From a virus (taxonomy: Duplodnaviria; Heunggongvirae; Uroviricota; Caudoviricetes): 64,000 nucleotides of DNA. Positions 48,015 to 59,232 of the stretch are shown here, piece after piece. The notes under the pieces were generated by a model. The model had not been told where the DNA came from. It did no database searches and saw only the letters and a program-made list of their open reading frames with translations. The DNA lies in IMG/VR virus record IMGVR_UViG_3300029746_000001. The stretch is one strand, 5' to 3'. The position numbers were made by a program, and so were the translations under genes. Position 1 is the stretch's first letter; each line of letters begins with the position of its first letter.

Positions 48015-50111
48015 TTATTTTGCTTTTAAAGTTTGTAAATAGTTATATGCTTTGATACAGTCGTCTTTGGATAAATTCTGGTTGTTGTAAAAGCTTAAGT
48101 TTTTGAAAGCCAAACTTGTATAAACGTTACCTAAAATACCAATTACCAATGTTCCAACACTTTCATTTACGGTTTGTTGTTTTGAGTCTATTATTTCAGT
48201 CCAATCATTCAGATAGATTCTACCATCTGAACAGATAGCATTAACAGAGCGAATGTCTTTAAGTTTAAAAAAATTCCAAGCATCATTTATAGATATATTT
48301 AACCCATCAACACTATTGTATATGAATAAGCTGTTTTGTTTAACAATCCCAGATGACTTATTAGCTTCAGGCTGCAACATCTTCCAATTGCCAACAATCG
48401 TCCAATTCTTATTAAGTGTAAAGGAGCTGCTAGTAACTCTATCATCCACCCCATCAGTAACCAGGTATCCTTCGTATTCGGGGATTTGCTCTATGGTGAT
48501 ATCACAGGTTTCTTGTATTTTATCTAATGTAAATCCATACCAATCTCCATTTGCTTTAAATAAAAAAGACGGTAATGTATAAATTCCATCTTCTGATATT
48601 TTGTATATCTGTTGTCCTTCAGAAGTTACTTGTTTATAGGATAGAGTTTGACCATCTTTCAGTCCATAAACTTTTATCTTATAAGAAGGAACTGTAAAAG
48701 AAGGTTGTTCAGGATAGGATTGATAATATAACTGTGTAGACGCAACTTTAACTGAAGTTATATTTACAGAATAACTCGTCCAAGTTAAATCCGCTCTATC
48801 AGTAGATTGAACCCATCTACCACCAGCATAATTCTCAGCATACAACCCATACCCGCTCCCTTCTGCAAACCCAAAATTCGACAGCACAAGATTATTACCA
48901 TTGCCTGTAATGTTGGCAATAGTAGCACGATCTTCGTCCTCGTTGGTTTTGCCGGTGACTGTCCATGCTTGGTCGGGGAAGAGCCAGGGATAGGTTTTAA
49001 CGAAGTAGTCTTTGATATTGGTCAGTTCTTCTTCGGTGGCGTCGTGATCGAGAAATACAAGTTCCCAGATAGCAGCGTTAATACAAGTTCCTACATTAGT
49101 TGGAGCTAATTTCCCAACATGTAGCACATCTGTTCCTTCAAAATTACCAGTTGTAATCGAAACACCATTATAACTTTTAGATGTCTGATAAGTAAGGATG
49201 TGTGGTAAATCATTTTCACTCCCTATTGCTCCAAAAGATATAGGCTTATTAAGATGCTCGGCTTGTATATTTCTATATTCTAACAAGAAGGCACCATCCT
49301 TGAGCCAATTCTTTACATTAGATACTAATCCTTGGGCTATTTCACCCCTTGTAATCCACTGTCTCAACGCCACAACCGTATATCCCTTTTCCTTAGTCAG
49401 AATAGGGAAGTTATCACAGGTACCGTAATCATCCACTCCGTCAAAAACGAGTGCACCGGGGTAGAGGGGAAGTTGTTCGATGGTAAGTTTAGATCCATAC
49501 CATCTTTCAGGATATTTTTCTATAGATAAATAGAGAGCTTCTGCCAAAAAGTTAGACGGAATTATTTCATACACACCATCTTCTGACATGTAAAAACGAT
49601 TGCCCAATCGATCATCCAAAAAAGCATCGCAACCTTCTGGTATGCCTGTTACTTTTAAAACGCAAGATTGACGTAATTTTATATTATGGTACAATAAACC
49701 CAATGAGGCATTTTCTTTAAATGTTGCTGTTATTTTAATGCTGTTTCTTTCAAAATAAGCCGCCGTTGAATCTGTGCCCCACTCATCTATATCTGCAACA
49801 TACCCGCCAATTCCGGACATCCCCTTCCAAGAGAAGTTTTTCAACTGTAGATCGTGTCCATTGCCCGTCTTATCAACCCATACGGGATTGGCAGCCATCT
49901 GCTCATTAGTGAGACCGGAAGCGGAATATCTGGCTACGATACCTTCTATATCTGGGAAGGAATCAGCTTTACATGGCAGGTCTAATATCATTTTCGCATA
50001 CTCTTTAAAAGGTATGGAAGTAGGTACATCATACCCTTTGGATATAAGGGCTTGCCTTATATCCTCCTTGGTGCTGATGATCCTCATTAACTTATCTGAT
50101 ATGGTTCCCAT
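48015..50111 (-). CDS. Putative receptor-binding protein with duplicated LamG/lectin-like module
   Basis: Two copies of GNGxxLxLxNF...TIEQxPxYxGxLVxDGVDD. Confidence 0.6.
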   Translation of the reverse strand: MGTISDKLMRIISTKEDIRQALISKGYDVPTSIPFKEYAKMILDLPCKADSFPDIEGIVARYSASGLTNEQMAANPVWVDKTGNGHDLQLKNFSWKGMSGIGGYVADIDEWGTDSTAAYFERNSIKITATFKENASLGLLYHNIKLRQSCVLKVTGIPEGCDAFLDDRLGNRFYMSEDGVYEIIPSNFLAEALYLSIEKYPERWYGSKLTIEQLPLYPGALVFDGVDDYGTCDNFPILTKEKGYTVVALRQWITRGEIAQGLVSNVKNWLKDGAFLLEYRNIQAEHLNKPISFGAIGSENDLPHILTYQTSKSYNGVSITTGNFEGTDVLHVGKLAPTNVGTCINAAIWELVFLDHDATEEELTNIKDYFVKTYPWLFPDQAWTVTGKTNEDEDRATIANITGNGNNLVLSNFGFAEGSGYGLYAENYAGGRWVQSTDRADLTWTSYSVNITSVKVASTQLYYQSYPEQPSFTVPSYKIKVYGLKDGQTLSYKQVTSEGQQIYKISEDGIYTLPSFLFKANGDWYGFTLDKIQETCDITIEQIPEYEGYLVTDGVDDRVTSSSFTLNKNWTIVGNWKMLQPEANKSSGIVKQNSLFIYNSVDGLNISINDAWNFFKLKDIRSVNAICSDGRIYLNDWTEIIDSKQQTVNESVGTLVIGILGNVYTSLAFKNLSFYNNQNLSKDDCIKAYNYLQTLKAK

Positions 50112-50395
50112 TACACTTCCTCCCCATTTATGTAATCTAATACCTTACCTATATCTCCGATGTCTGATTTTATTGACTCTCCTTGAGAATGTATTTCAAT
50201 AAGTTTCTGATATAAAGTGTTATCCCCTATACGATTCTTATCTGTAACTTGTTCTTCGATTTTGGCTATCGTATCAGGATCTTCGTACTTAACACCATCA
50301 GGACCATACCATTCGTCTGTTAAATTCGTGTATTTATGACGGACTGGAGTCGGTTTAGACTCCAGTGTTACTAAAAAATATTCGTTACAGCTCAT
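50111..50395 (-). CDS. Hypothetical protein
   Basis: Likely start MSCNEY; coupled to the downstream gene. Confidence 0.55.
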   Translation of the reverse strand: MSCNEYFLVTLESKPTPVRHKYTNLTDEWYGPDGVKYEDPDTIAKIEEQVTDKNRIGDNTLYQKLIEIHSQGESIKSDIGDIGKVLDYINGEEV

Positions 50396-50406
50396 GACAA
50401 TAAGAT

Positions 50407-52149
50407 TTAGTGGTTGCAACAATTACATCTACAAACTGTTTTCACATAGCCAGAGGGAATGGCAGCCAGCTCCATCCCTACGGCTATCGCTGGGTCAGTG
50501 CTTTCCATGACCGTCAGCGCCATCTTGTCCACGTCAAGGTCATTGTCGTAAACAATTTCTCCCTCAACGTAAATGCTCCCTGCATCAGAAACGTAGCAGT
50601 TTTTCACCTGTCTTATATGACGCTGTGTAGCTGACGCAAAATCACACTCGATACTTAACCACCCTACCGGTATCTGATCGATATTGGATCCGATATTGTA
50701 ATCAGGGTCGGTTGTTTTAAGAACCATATGTCTCAATTCCCTTGTATTTCCGTATCCGTCCATTGTTATGTATGTCCGGATCTGAACCTTGCCCTTTTCT
50801 GTCTTATAACAGTTTTCTACTATTTCTGTGTCAGATGTAGTAGCATCGGGGAAATCACAAACAATACGCTGCCATCCTTCTTGTATTTTGCTGAATGTGG
50901 CGCCTCTTTGTATATCAGGGTCGGTCGTTTCTAAGACAATAAGATACTCGTCCCGGACTCCTATTATGCTATCTACCGACCTGTATCCACCAAGATGTAT
51001 TTTACCACCAGGAGTAGTATAACATTCATCTACAGACATAATATGTCTTTCCGTAAGATCAGGGAAGTCGCATTCGGTTTTCGTCCATTCGTTAGGTATC
51101 TTATCTATTCTTGTCCACTGAGGATAGGCGGCGTCCGTTGTCTTAACAATATAATAATACTGTTCCCTTACACCAAGAACGGCATCAATAGCTTGATAAC
51201 CTTTTATATTGACCTTACCACCATCTGTCTTGTAGCATTCGTCTACTTCAACAATTTCCCGGTCCGTCATGTCAGGAAAATCACAGACCATCCTCACCCA
51301 ATCTTCGGGAATGGAATCCAGCACGGCCCCTACCTTAATATCAGGATCGGTTGACTGAAGGACGGTGTAGGCCTCTTCCCTGGCTCCAAGGATGTTATCT
51401 ATGGCTACCAAACCTTCTACTTGCACTTTTCCTTTTTTAGTAGTGTAACATTCAAGAACGTAAGTTACGTCTCGTTCTGTCATGTCAGGAAAGTCACAAA
51501 CCATTCGAACCCAATTCTCTGGAATTAGTTTAAAAACATGGCCGGCAGGGAAATTATCGTCAGTCGACTGAATAACGGTATAAATAGACTCCCTGATATT
51601 TATCTTATCATCTATGGCTTCTAATCCTTCTATTTCAACCTTACCATCCGGAGTTTTATAACATCTGTTGACGAACGTAATGTCGCGTTCTGTCATATCA
51701 GGAAGATCACAGTCGATCATAACCCACTCGTCCGGTATTTTAGTAAGAACTTTACCTACCGGATTATCCATGTCGGTACTGTCGGTAATTCTATGGGTTT
51801 CTTTAAGAACATCCATCTGATCGTTAAGAAGATACCAACTCCATACTTCAACCTTTCCACCAGGTGTACGGTAACAGGTTTTGAAATCTTTGATAACTTT
51901 CTCAGCTATGTTAATCCACTCCCATTCGGTTGTGGCCGGAATACCAGAAACAGGATGCTTCTTACCTTCTTCGTCAAGATACCAATAACAGCCATTTAAG
52001 GACACAACCACTTGGTAGATTTTGTCCCCTATTTTTATACCGGATTTGCTGTCATCTACCGGTTGGGAGGAACCCCATTTTCCAACTATGTTGGTTATTT
52101 TATCAATGCCCCTACCTAAGGCACCGACTAAAGAATCCACGCCGTTCAT
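50407..52149 (-). CDS. Tandem-repeat structural protein (about seven repeats of about 71 aa)
   Basis: Repeating CYxTxxGKV...STD...IPxxWxxxxCDFPD unit. Confidence 0.7.
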   Translation of the reverse strand: MNGVDSLVGALGRGIDKITNIVGKWGSSQPVDDSKSGIKIGDKIYQVVVSLNGCYWYLDEEGKKHPVSGIPATTEWEWINIAEKVIKDFKTCYRTPGGKVEVWSWYLLNDQMDVLKETHRITDSTDMDNPVGKVLTKIPDEWVMIDCDLPDMTERDITFVNRCYKTPDGKVEIEGLEAIDDKINIRESIYTVIQSTDDNFPAGHVFKLIPENWVRMVCDFPDMTERDVTYVLECYTTKKGKVQVEGLVAIDNILGAREEAYTVLQSTDPDIKVGAVLDSIPEDWVRMVCDFPDMTDREIVEVDECYKTDGGKVNIKGYQAIDAVLGVREQYYYIVKTTDAAYPQWTRIDKIPNEWTKTECDFPDLTERHIMSVDECYTTPGGKIHLGGYRSVDSIIGVRDEYLIVLETTDPDIQRGATFSKIQEGWQRIVCDFPDATTSDTEIVENCYKTEKGKVQIRTYITMDGYGNTRELRHMVLKTTDPDYNIGSNIDQIPVGWLSIECDFASATQRHIRQVKNCYVSDAGSIYVEGEIVYDNDLDVDKMALTVMESTDPAIAVGMELAAIPSGYVKTVCRCNCCNH

Positions 52150-52240
52150 ATGAAACTAACTTATTTCAAATTGTTTTATTACAAAAAAGGGGGTGGAGGA
52201 CCAGCCTCCTCCCCCTTGGGATATATAGAAAAAAGGAAAA

Positions 52241-54229
52241 TCAAATCTTGCAGGGCTTGATATTTGCCGAAGCAGCTAACAAGTCCATAAGGTCTTGAAT
52301 GCCTTCGTGAGCGCCATACGGTACATGGAAGTGTACTGTAATGTGATCATCAATTACCCTACCGAAGCCGTTAGAGTAACGTGCCGGCTTCAGCGTTACT
52401 GAATAATCAGCATACGGAGCCAACAGGTCTAATCGAGTTTCTTCGTTGGTAAACATCCGTTCCATAAGTTCCTGGTGAGTCTTACGGAAATCGAAGAACA
52501 TGCGTTGTTCACGTTCCTTATCCAGCAATTCAGCGCCGAGGTGAGTACGCGGAGCCCAGTGCTGTTTGTATTCGGTATGGATCGGGTTGAAGTACGTGCT
52601 GATAGCCTCGCGCTGTTCATCCGGATAACCACCATTTACGGCAATACGAACAGAACCTTCTTGGAATGTCAGACGGTCAATCAAACAGTCAGACGGAGAA
52701 ATCATGTAGTCGATACCACGGAATAAGATACCACATTTGCAGTTCTTAGGAAGCGGATCGGCGATAATGGACTGATCTCCTGCTACGGCACCCAAACGTT
52801 TCCAGTTACGTCCACGATAAGATTCGGGAGCTTTAGATACGAAGAAGTCTTTGAAGATTTTATCGCATTCGTCGCAAACCATGTTAGTAACGACCGTTGT
52901 TTTGAATTTGTGTTGACATCCACCAGGTGTACCGTAATCTTCGATTGTCAGATACGGGAATGCTGCCTGCAATTCTTCTTTAGCACTGTTACCACATTCA
53001 TCGTCCGGCAACGTGATTTCATAAGCTTCTTTCGAAATCTTACAAGAACCACATGCTTCCCAGCTAACGGTAGTAACAGCAGGATTGCTACACATATCTG
53101 CTGTTTTAGCAACGAACGTTACTGTAGCAGTCGGATTAGTTTCTACAAATGCATCGATATCAGCCTTCGTCAGTTTCTTGCTTACGGCCACAGTGTACAT
53201 ACCTACGCCGCCATCTTGGGCTGCTGTTTTCTCGGCAGTGCTACTAACGGCATTCTTAATGCTTTCTACTACAGTAGACTGATCAACACCATCATCCTCT
53301 AACGTTACGGCATAAATCAAACCGCCGTCTACCTTAGTATATCCGTCAGGGCACTCTTCGCAGCCTTTCATGATAGAAGACAGCTTTTGAGTATAATCAG
53401 AAGGCTTACCACCTTCTTTCATCACCTGATATTTAGATGTAGAAAGATGACGTCCAACTCTCTTGATATCCAAACCAGGATAAGCAGCCTTAAGCTGAGC
53501 CAGGGCATAAGCATCACCGGTATCACACATTTCCATACAATAGAAATTCATGTCGGTTTCCACCGGAGCTTTTTCCAACTCATCACAAGAATGGATAGGA
53601 TGGATTTCTACAAAATCACCCACCTTTCCACCACCTGCAATCGGCTGATTCTTGATACGTTCGATTGTTTTCAAGATAGCAGCCAAAATATCAACATCTT
53701 CACAAGGATCACATTCTGAACACATATCCTCACGACCTGGACAGTTTTCGAAAATGATGTAATCATCGATATTTACCTCACCCATCGGATAACCACGAAG
53801 CTCGAACAAACGTCCTGTCAGCTTAATATGGATAGGAATACGATCGCCTTTTCTTGCTGTAATAGCGGTATTGTCGTCAATTCCGTTGTAACCGAAAATA
53901 ACTTCGTCTACCTTAATCTCTTTGCTCTTCGGAGCAGAAGCATACACTTCTATGATTTCATCGATAGCAAACGTAGGTGTAGAGAATGATTTATCATCAG
54001 ATACACGATCGTTCACCATCTCATTACGTCCGATTCTGATCTGGAAACGTTGTTCGTCCTTACGACATCCTTTCAAGTCTTTCAACGCTTTCAAACCATC
54101 TTTAGTCTGCTCACCATCCAAATCATAGATAGCGATCTGACCTTCTTGAAGCAACAAAGAATCTACGTCCGCCAACTTAGCGTGCGGAGGACAGATAATG
54201 TGTCTGTCATACGGTTTATGGATAGCCAT
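52241..54229 (-). CDS. Putative abundant structural protein (auxiliary capsid or head associated)
   Basis: 662 aa, Cys-rich, near the MCP, followed by a strong hairpin at about 52186-52218. Confidence 0.5.
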   Translation of the reverse strand: MAIHKPYDRHIICPPHAKLADVDSLLLQEGQIAIYDLDGEQTKDGLKALKDLKGCRKDEQRFQIRIGRNEMVNDRVSDDKSFSTPTFAIDEIIEVYASAPKSKEIKVDEVIFGYNGIDDNTAITARKGDRIPIHIKLTGRLFELRGYPMGEVNIDDYIIFENCPGREDMCSECDPCEDVDILAAILKTIERIKNQPIAGGGKVGDFVEIHPIHSCDELEKAPVETDMNFYCMEMCDTGDAYALAQLKAAYPGLDIKRVGRHLSTSKYQVMKEGGKPSDYTQKLSSIMKGCEECPDGYTKVDGGLIYAVTLEDDGVDQSTVVESIKNAVSSTAEKTAAQDGGVGMYTVAVSKKLTKADIDAFVETNPTATVTFVAKTADMCSNPAVTTVSWEACGSCKISKEAYEITLPDDECGNSAKEELQAAFPYLTIEDYGTPGGCQHKFKTTVVTNMVCDECDKIFKDFFVSKAPESYRGRNWKRLGAVAGDQSIIADPLPKNCKCGILFRGIDYMISPSDCLIDRLTFQEGSVRIAVNGGYPDEQREAISTYFNPIHTEYKQHWAPRTHLGAELLDKEREQRMFFDFRKTHQELMERMFTNEETRLDLLAPYADYSVTLKPARYSNGFGRVIDDHITVHFHVPYGAHEGIQDLMDLLAASANIKPCKI

Positions 54230-54371
54230 AGCCTTATAATATTTTAAAAATTAATATTCTGTTATCTGTCTCAAAAATAGTGATAGTCATATAAGCAACA
54301 AAAAGCATTATGAATTAATTAATTCTTAATGCTTTTTGATAGTCTTTAATTTAGGATACGCCTTTCTTCTG

Positions 54372-55046
54372 CTACAAAGGAGATTGGACGTTGTTTGAAT
54401 CTATTTGATAACGTCCGTATTCGCTTTCATTCAAAGCAAATTGCTTTTCAATCATGTTAAGGATAACACCAATTAATTTATCATCTAATTCAGGATCTAT
54501 ATCGGTTGAATTAGAACCATCGGATTTAATATATCCTTCGATGTCAACTTCCTTCGGATAGCGGTAATATGTAAGGTAAACGGTGTCTACATCAAAACCA
54601 GACTTATACACCCTTACCGAATCTTCGCCTATTGTATAGAACGTTTCCCTAAAATCAAAATCAGGTTTGTTAAAAAAGTCGGCAAGAAGCTCATGCGGGT
54701 TTTCGTTCTTAGCCTCCCACATGGTAAAATCAGTGACCGTGCATTCACCTTCGGTAAATACGCCTGATATGTTTGAAAAAGAAAAGAAATCAGAAGGCAA
54801 TGAAAACAAAGTACTTTCCGGATTATCTTTATCTTCTTTTTTATCAAGTTCTTTTGAGTACACAACCAACTTTTGTATATAACGTATATCCTCTTCGTTT
54901 TTCTTATCAAGGATATAACGAACAAGGCGGTTTTGTTCGTCATTAAAAAGCTGAACAAAACGTGCCTTGTCGAGTTTTATACCACCGTTGGTCATGTTTT
55001 CTTCAGCCTTCTGTAGGGCCCGAAGATAACAATCAACGATTTTCAT
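54372..55046 (-). CDS. Putative head-tail adaptor/ring protein
   Basis: FSLPSDFF, YLTYYRYPKEV and DPEL motifs, in the position typical of crAss-like ring proteins. Confidence 0.6.
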   Translation of the reverse strand: MKIVDCYLRALQKAEENMTNGGIKLDKARFVQLFNDEQNRLVRYILDKKNEEDIRYIQKLVVYSKELDKKEDKDNPESTLFSLPSDFFSFSNISGVFTEGECTVTDFTMWEAKNENPHELLADFFNKPDFDFRETFYTIGEDSVRVYKSGFDVDTVYLTYYRYPKEVDIEGYIKSDGSNSTDIDPELDDKLIGVILNMIEKQFALNESEYGRYQIDSNNVQSPL

Positions 55047-55049
55047 AAA

Positions 55050-56138
55050 TTATTCCTTTTTATCAGCGTATTGATCAACATCAAAACCTTTTTCGTCTTT
55101 CTTTTTCTTCTTGTCAGACTTAGCGCCTTCTATTTTTTTATGCTTGTTCTTTAAAGCATTATACGCTTCCAGAACACGTGACTTGGTTTCTAACATCGAC
55201 TTATTGGAAGCAAGAGCCATAGATGCAGAGATGGCGTCGGCGCCCAGGAGCTCGCCATTCAGATACAGTCCGTCGGTGTTGACGGTGACAGCCAAGCCCT
55301 CAATCATTTCCCTGATCATACGATGGAATTTAATCACCTGCATCCCTTCGGAAGATTCGTCGTCAGATAAAAACCTTGAGCTTGCTTCTTTATACATGTC
55401 AACGTTCGTATTCTTGGCGTCAATCCAATTAGTGAATATGTATTGAACCATGCTCTGATCAAGCTCTACGCTGTATATGATGTCAAGATACAAAAGCAGA
55501 TCGTAGATGCTTTTTCTTTCAGCCTCAGATCCTTTCAGTTTGTTCATGAACTCATATAAAATATCAGCCTTGTCAATCTGACGTTGTTTCCTGATATCTA
55601 CGGCCGTAGTCTTGTCTTCTACACAATAATAAGATTCGACATACATCGGATTACCATCTTCCTCTTTAGGAGTAAGAGACTTGGACAAAATAGCTATATA
55701 CAACTCAAATAAATCACGAACGTCATTAGTGTAGAACAAACGACCATCATACAAGTCTATTCTGTAAGAATCCCAGAAATCGAAATTCTTTTGGTCCAGG
55801 TCCTCATTGACAGTTTCTTCAAACGGATACCGAATATTCTTAATACGCATATCCATTTCATTCTTCTTGTCTTCAAGTGAGTAACCTTTATAACATGCTG
55901 AATTGATGAAGAAACCGGTATCATACACCCTAAGATCCTTATCCCATCCACAACAAGATACTGTCTTGTTCCCAGGGAAAGGAGTCTTGGAAATGCCTCT
56001 TTCCTGATATCCGGAAGGAGCTTCTTCATCCATCTTACCTGTTATAACATAAATAGAGTCGGAATATATCTTCATTCCTCCTACGGTAGCCAGCAGTTTC
56101 TTAGACTCATGGCTTTCTTCAAAAATCTTTTTTCCCAT
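55050..56138 (-). CDS. Hypothetical protein downstream of MCP
   Basis: 362-aa ORF in the head module. Confidence 0.6.
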   Translation of the reverse strand: MGKKIFEESHESKKLLATVGGMKIYSDSIYVITGKMDEEAPSGYQERGISKTPFPGNKTVSCCGWDKDLRVYDTGFFINSACYKGYSLEDKKNEMDMRIKNIRYPFEETVNEDLDQKNFDFWDSYRIDLYDGRLFYTNDVRDLFELYIAILSKSLTPKEEDGNPMYVESYYCVEDKTTAVDIRKQRQIDKADILYEFMNKLKGSEAERKSIYDLLLYLDIIYSVELDQSMVQYIFTNWIDAKNTNVDMYKEASSRFLSDDESSEGMQVIKFHRMIREMIEGLAVTVNTDGLYLNGELLGADAISASMALASNKSMLETKSRVLEAYNALKNKHKKIEGAKSDKKKKKDEKGFDVDQYADKKE

Positions 56139-56213
56139 CTTTTATATATCCTATGAAAACAAAATTTGCGGCCGGTTTTAAAGCCGACCGCAAGTTAATA
56201 TTAAAAGTTATGA

Positions 56214-57914
56214 TCACAAAGAACTTGGTAACAATTCAATTGTTACGAACCGGCTGGTATCTTTTACCCAACAAGCCGATACAGAGTGGCACCAGAATTG
56301 TTCTGACATACGAGGATGGCTGGATACAATTTCTTGAGCCGATACTCTGGATGACCATCTACCTTGTTCGTAACCCCACCACATAGAACCGATATCAGGC
56401 TTAACGTAGAATACGTTGCTGTTGATATTACCAATACGAGCTTCGGATGAAGCAGGAATACCGGCGAATGCATTGGAATATTCAGGAGCGGTCAAGTCTT
56501 CCATAATACATGAATATGATGTGATAGGAGTCATGCCGTCTACCAACTGGCTTCTATCTACCATATCAACGTAATCCAAAGAAGGTTCGTGTTCTACAAT
56601 GACCTTACCAATACCCGGAATAGTAACACCCTTGATCTTTACAGGTCCTAATTCAAGAGCATCGTTTGATCCTGTTACCGGGTTATTGATGATACGTTCT
56701 GTACCCATAAGAGGAGCCAAAGCACCTAATTGATTGAAGAACTCATCACGGAAGATTTCAACGATGTTCTTATAAGCCATAGCACCTACCTTGAATTTCA
56801 TTACACGATTTTCAATCGGCATATCGCTACGACCACGGAAAATATAGTCGGCAGCAGCCAGGAAGTGTTCACGCTTGATACCGCCCGGACGTGCATATGA
56901 GATAACGAAACCACGGCGAAGTTGATGGTACAAACCTTCGTTTTTCATCAAAACACCATTATGACCCTTGACTCTACCTCCACGCATGAACATAAGTTCG
57001 TATGCTTCCATCTTAGCCAATTCAGCCAAACAGAACAAAGACACTGTATTGGCTACACGAGCTTTACGCATATCAATGCTTCCGTCACCAAGACGAGAAC
57101 CGATGATAGCATAACTTGCATCACCTCCTCTGATTTCAGAAAGCTGACGAACTTTCTGGTAAGCCTTGTCGATGAAATTCTGTGTACGTTCGTCCGCATA
57201 AGCCAAAGACTTAATACCAGCGTACATAGTCGTTTCACCTTCAACACCACGGTGTCCACCAAGCGTAAATTCACAAGTCATAGAACCAGCCTTAGAAGCA
57301 CCTCCTACACCAGAGAACTGAGTAGAGAACTCACCAAGAACGTTTGTTACCTTCCAGTATTTAATACCGGCACGAAGCATGTCTTTCGGGAAGTATTTAG
57401 CACGAGAACGACCCCACAGCTTACACCAGTATCTCCAGTTTTCACCTTCTTGTTTAGGAGGACGCTCTGTAGAGATAAGAGCCTGGCAACCGTTAATCAC
57501 ATCGTAAGTAATAACATCTCCTTGTTTAAATTGTGCATTCAACACAATTTCGAAGAAGCTTTCATCAATACCAGGTTTTGCATATTTCAAAGACGTGTCT
57601 TCTACTGTAACCACCTCATACGTTTCTGATACCGGAAGATCATAACGGAATGAACCATTGATACCATTTACGGTAATAGTAGCATCCTGTTTGATCATAC
57701 CCATATACATAGGCAGAGGATAGTTTGTAATGTTAGAAAACAACTCAAGCATACCCAGATGGTTCTTATCCGGATCTTCGTAGTACCAATCTTCTAAAGA
57801 GCTAAGATCGTGTTCTACGATACTTTGCTTAACGACTTTAGCGTCGGTATATCCAATCACCGTGTCACCATTCATGGTGGCCGGGAAATTTTTTGTTAAA
57901 AGTACATTAGCCAT
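56214..57914 (-). CDS. Major capsid protein
   Basis: 566 aa, two genes downstream of the portal, with EGLYHQLRRG and a terminator-like hairpin at about 56166-56193. Assigned from synteny and resemblance to crAss-like MCPs. Confidence 0.75.
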   Translation of the reverse strand: MANVLLTKNFPATMNGDTVIGYTDAKVVKQSIVEHDLSSLEDWYYEDPDKNHLGMLELFSNITNYPLPMYMGMIKQDATITVNGINGSFRYDLPVSETYEVVTVEDTSLKYAKPGIDESFFEIVLNAQFKQGDVITYDVINGCQALISTERPPKQEGENWRYWCKLWGRSRAKYFPKDMLRAGIKYWKVTNVLGEFSTQFSGVGGASKAGSMTCEFTLGGHRGVEGETTMYAGIKSLAYADERTQNFIDKAYQKVRQLSEIRGGDASYAIIGSRLGDGSIDMRKARVANTVSLFCLAELAKMEAYELMFMRGGRVKGHNGVLMKNEGLYHQLRRGFVISYARPGGIKREHFLAAADYIFRGRSDMPIENRVMKFKVGAMAYKNIVEIFRDEFFNQLGALAPLMGTERIINNPVTGSNDALELGPVKIKGVTIPGIGKVIVEHEPSLDYVDMVDRSQLVDGMTPITSYSCIMEDLTAPEYSNAFAGIPASSEARIGNINSNVFYVKPDIGSMWWGYEQGRWSSRVSAQEIVSSHPRMSEQFWCHSVSACWVKDTSRFVTIELLPSSL

Positions 57915-57936
57915 GAACGAAAAAATGTTTTAATTT

Positions 57937-59103
57937 TTAATCTATACTGATTTCATCGAACTTCACACCTTGAACTTGATCACCTTTATCATCTACCGGA
58001 GCCACCCTCTTGTCTTTATTTGTATGGCTGATGAGCTTATAAATTTTCTTTTTCTCATCAACTACAGCTTGATTCGACTTCTGTTTTATGAACTCTCCTG
58101 GGTTCATAAGAAACATAATCAAATCTGGCGCTTCTTCCGGATTCATCATCATCTCCCTTACCCTATTAAATGCTTTGGTAATTCCGGGATTCGATTCAGA
58201 AGGTTTTAGGGCAAAATCAAGAGCTTTAGATACCATAGTGTCATTTAGCTGATACTTTGCCTGGATAGAAGACTTAAGGTCTTTCTTATACCTTCTAAAA
58301 TCTTCTGCATCCTTCGCCTTCTTTTCGGCAGCCTCTTTAGTACGTTGCTGGATAATATCATCCATTCTCTTATCAAGCTCAGCTTTATACTTTGTAGCCT
58401 TTGCCTCAACATACTCTTCTCCTTTATTGATAATGCCTTTGAAAAACTCATCAGCTTCATCTTTAGGCAACCCAAGAAGATCAACATAATGGCGAACGAT
58501 CTTAATCTGATCTGCTTTGTTTCCAATGTCAAGCTTTTCTATAGGAGCGACATTCGTATCATATTGCTTAAGAATATCAACGATATTCGCGCCGGCCTTA
58601 TCAGCCTGGATAAGCTTCTTAGTAATATCAGAAACAGAGGTAACATCTATCTTATCCTTAACAATGTCCTCTTTCTGGCTTTCAAGGACTGTGGATAATA
58701 TGTCACACAACGAATCTTCTTTACTAAAATCAAGATCATTGATAGTAATCTCTTCGCCGTTTTCACCGCTAAACACCACATCTTTCAAATCGGGAATGAT
58801 TCCCCTTGAAGAAAGGGCATCCAATACTTTTCTGTAATTGACAACCGGAGTCTCTACCTGATCCTGATTAACATCAACTACATTCTCTTCTCCTTTTTTA
58901 TCCTCTTTAGGATCAGGAGTAGGATCAACAACCAGCTCTTCTTTAATTTGAGAACCTTCTTCTACAGGCTTCTCATCTTTTTTAGCCGGTTCATTACCAT
59001 TAATAGGCAGAATATCTTCTTCCCTATTATAAACATCATCAACCGGACCGATACTAAAAATATCGTCCAATTCTACTATTCCATTTTTTTCTAATTTTCC
59101 CAT
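57937..59103 (-). CDS. Putative scaffolding protein
   Basis: Acidic N-terminus and helical/coiled-coil body, between portal and MCP. Confidence 0.55.
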   Translation of the reverse strand: MGKLEKNGIVELDDIFSIGPVDDVYNREEDILPINGNEPAKKDEKPVEEGSQIKEELVVDPTPDPKEDKKGEENVVDVNQDQVETPVVNYRKVLDALSSRGIIPDLKDVVFSGENGEEITINDLDFSKEDSLCDILSTVLESQKEDIVKDKIDVTSVSDITKKLIQADKAGANIVDILKQYDTNVAPIEKLDIGNKADQIKIVRHYVDLLGLPKDEADEFFKGIINKGEEYVEAKATKYKAELDKRMDDIIQQRTKEAAEKKAKDAEDFRRYKKDLKSSIQAKYQLNDTMVSKALDFALKPSESNPGITKAFNRVREMMMNPEEAPDLIMFLMNPGEFIKQKSNQAVVDEKKKIYKLISHTNKDKRVAPVDDKGDQVQGVKFDEISID

Positions 59104-59165
59104 ACTGCAAAAATATTTAAATACCTATATTTCAGATAAAAAACTTATAAGTGTTTAATCTTCAC

Positions 59166-59232
59166 TAAAAATTAAATATCCCCAAATTTCATTAGAGATT
59201 TTCTAATGAAATTTGGGGATATTTAATTTTTA
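59166..59232. repeat. Perfect 31-bp inverted repeat with 5-nt loop at the portal stop codon
   Basis: taaaaattaaatatccccaaatttcattaga-gattt-tctaatgaaatttggggatatttaattttta. Confidence 0.9.
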
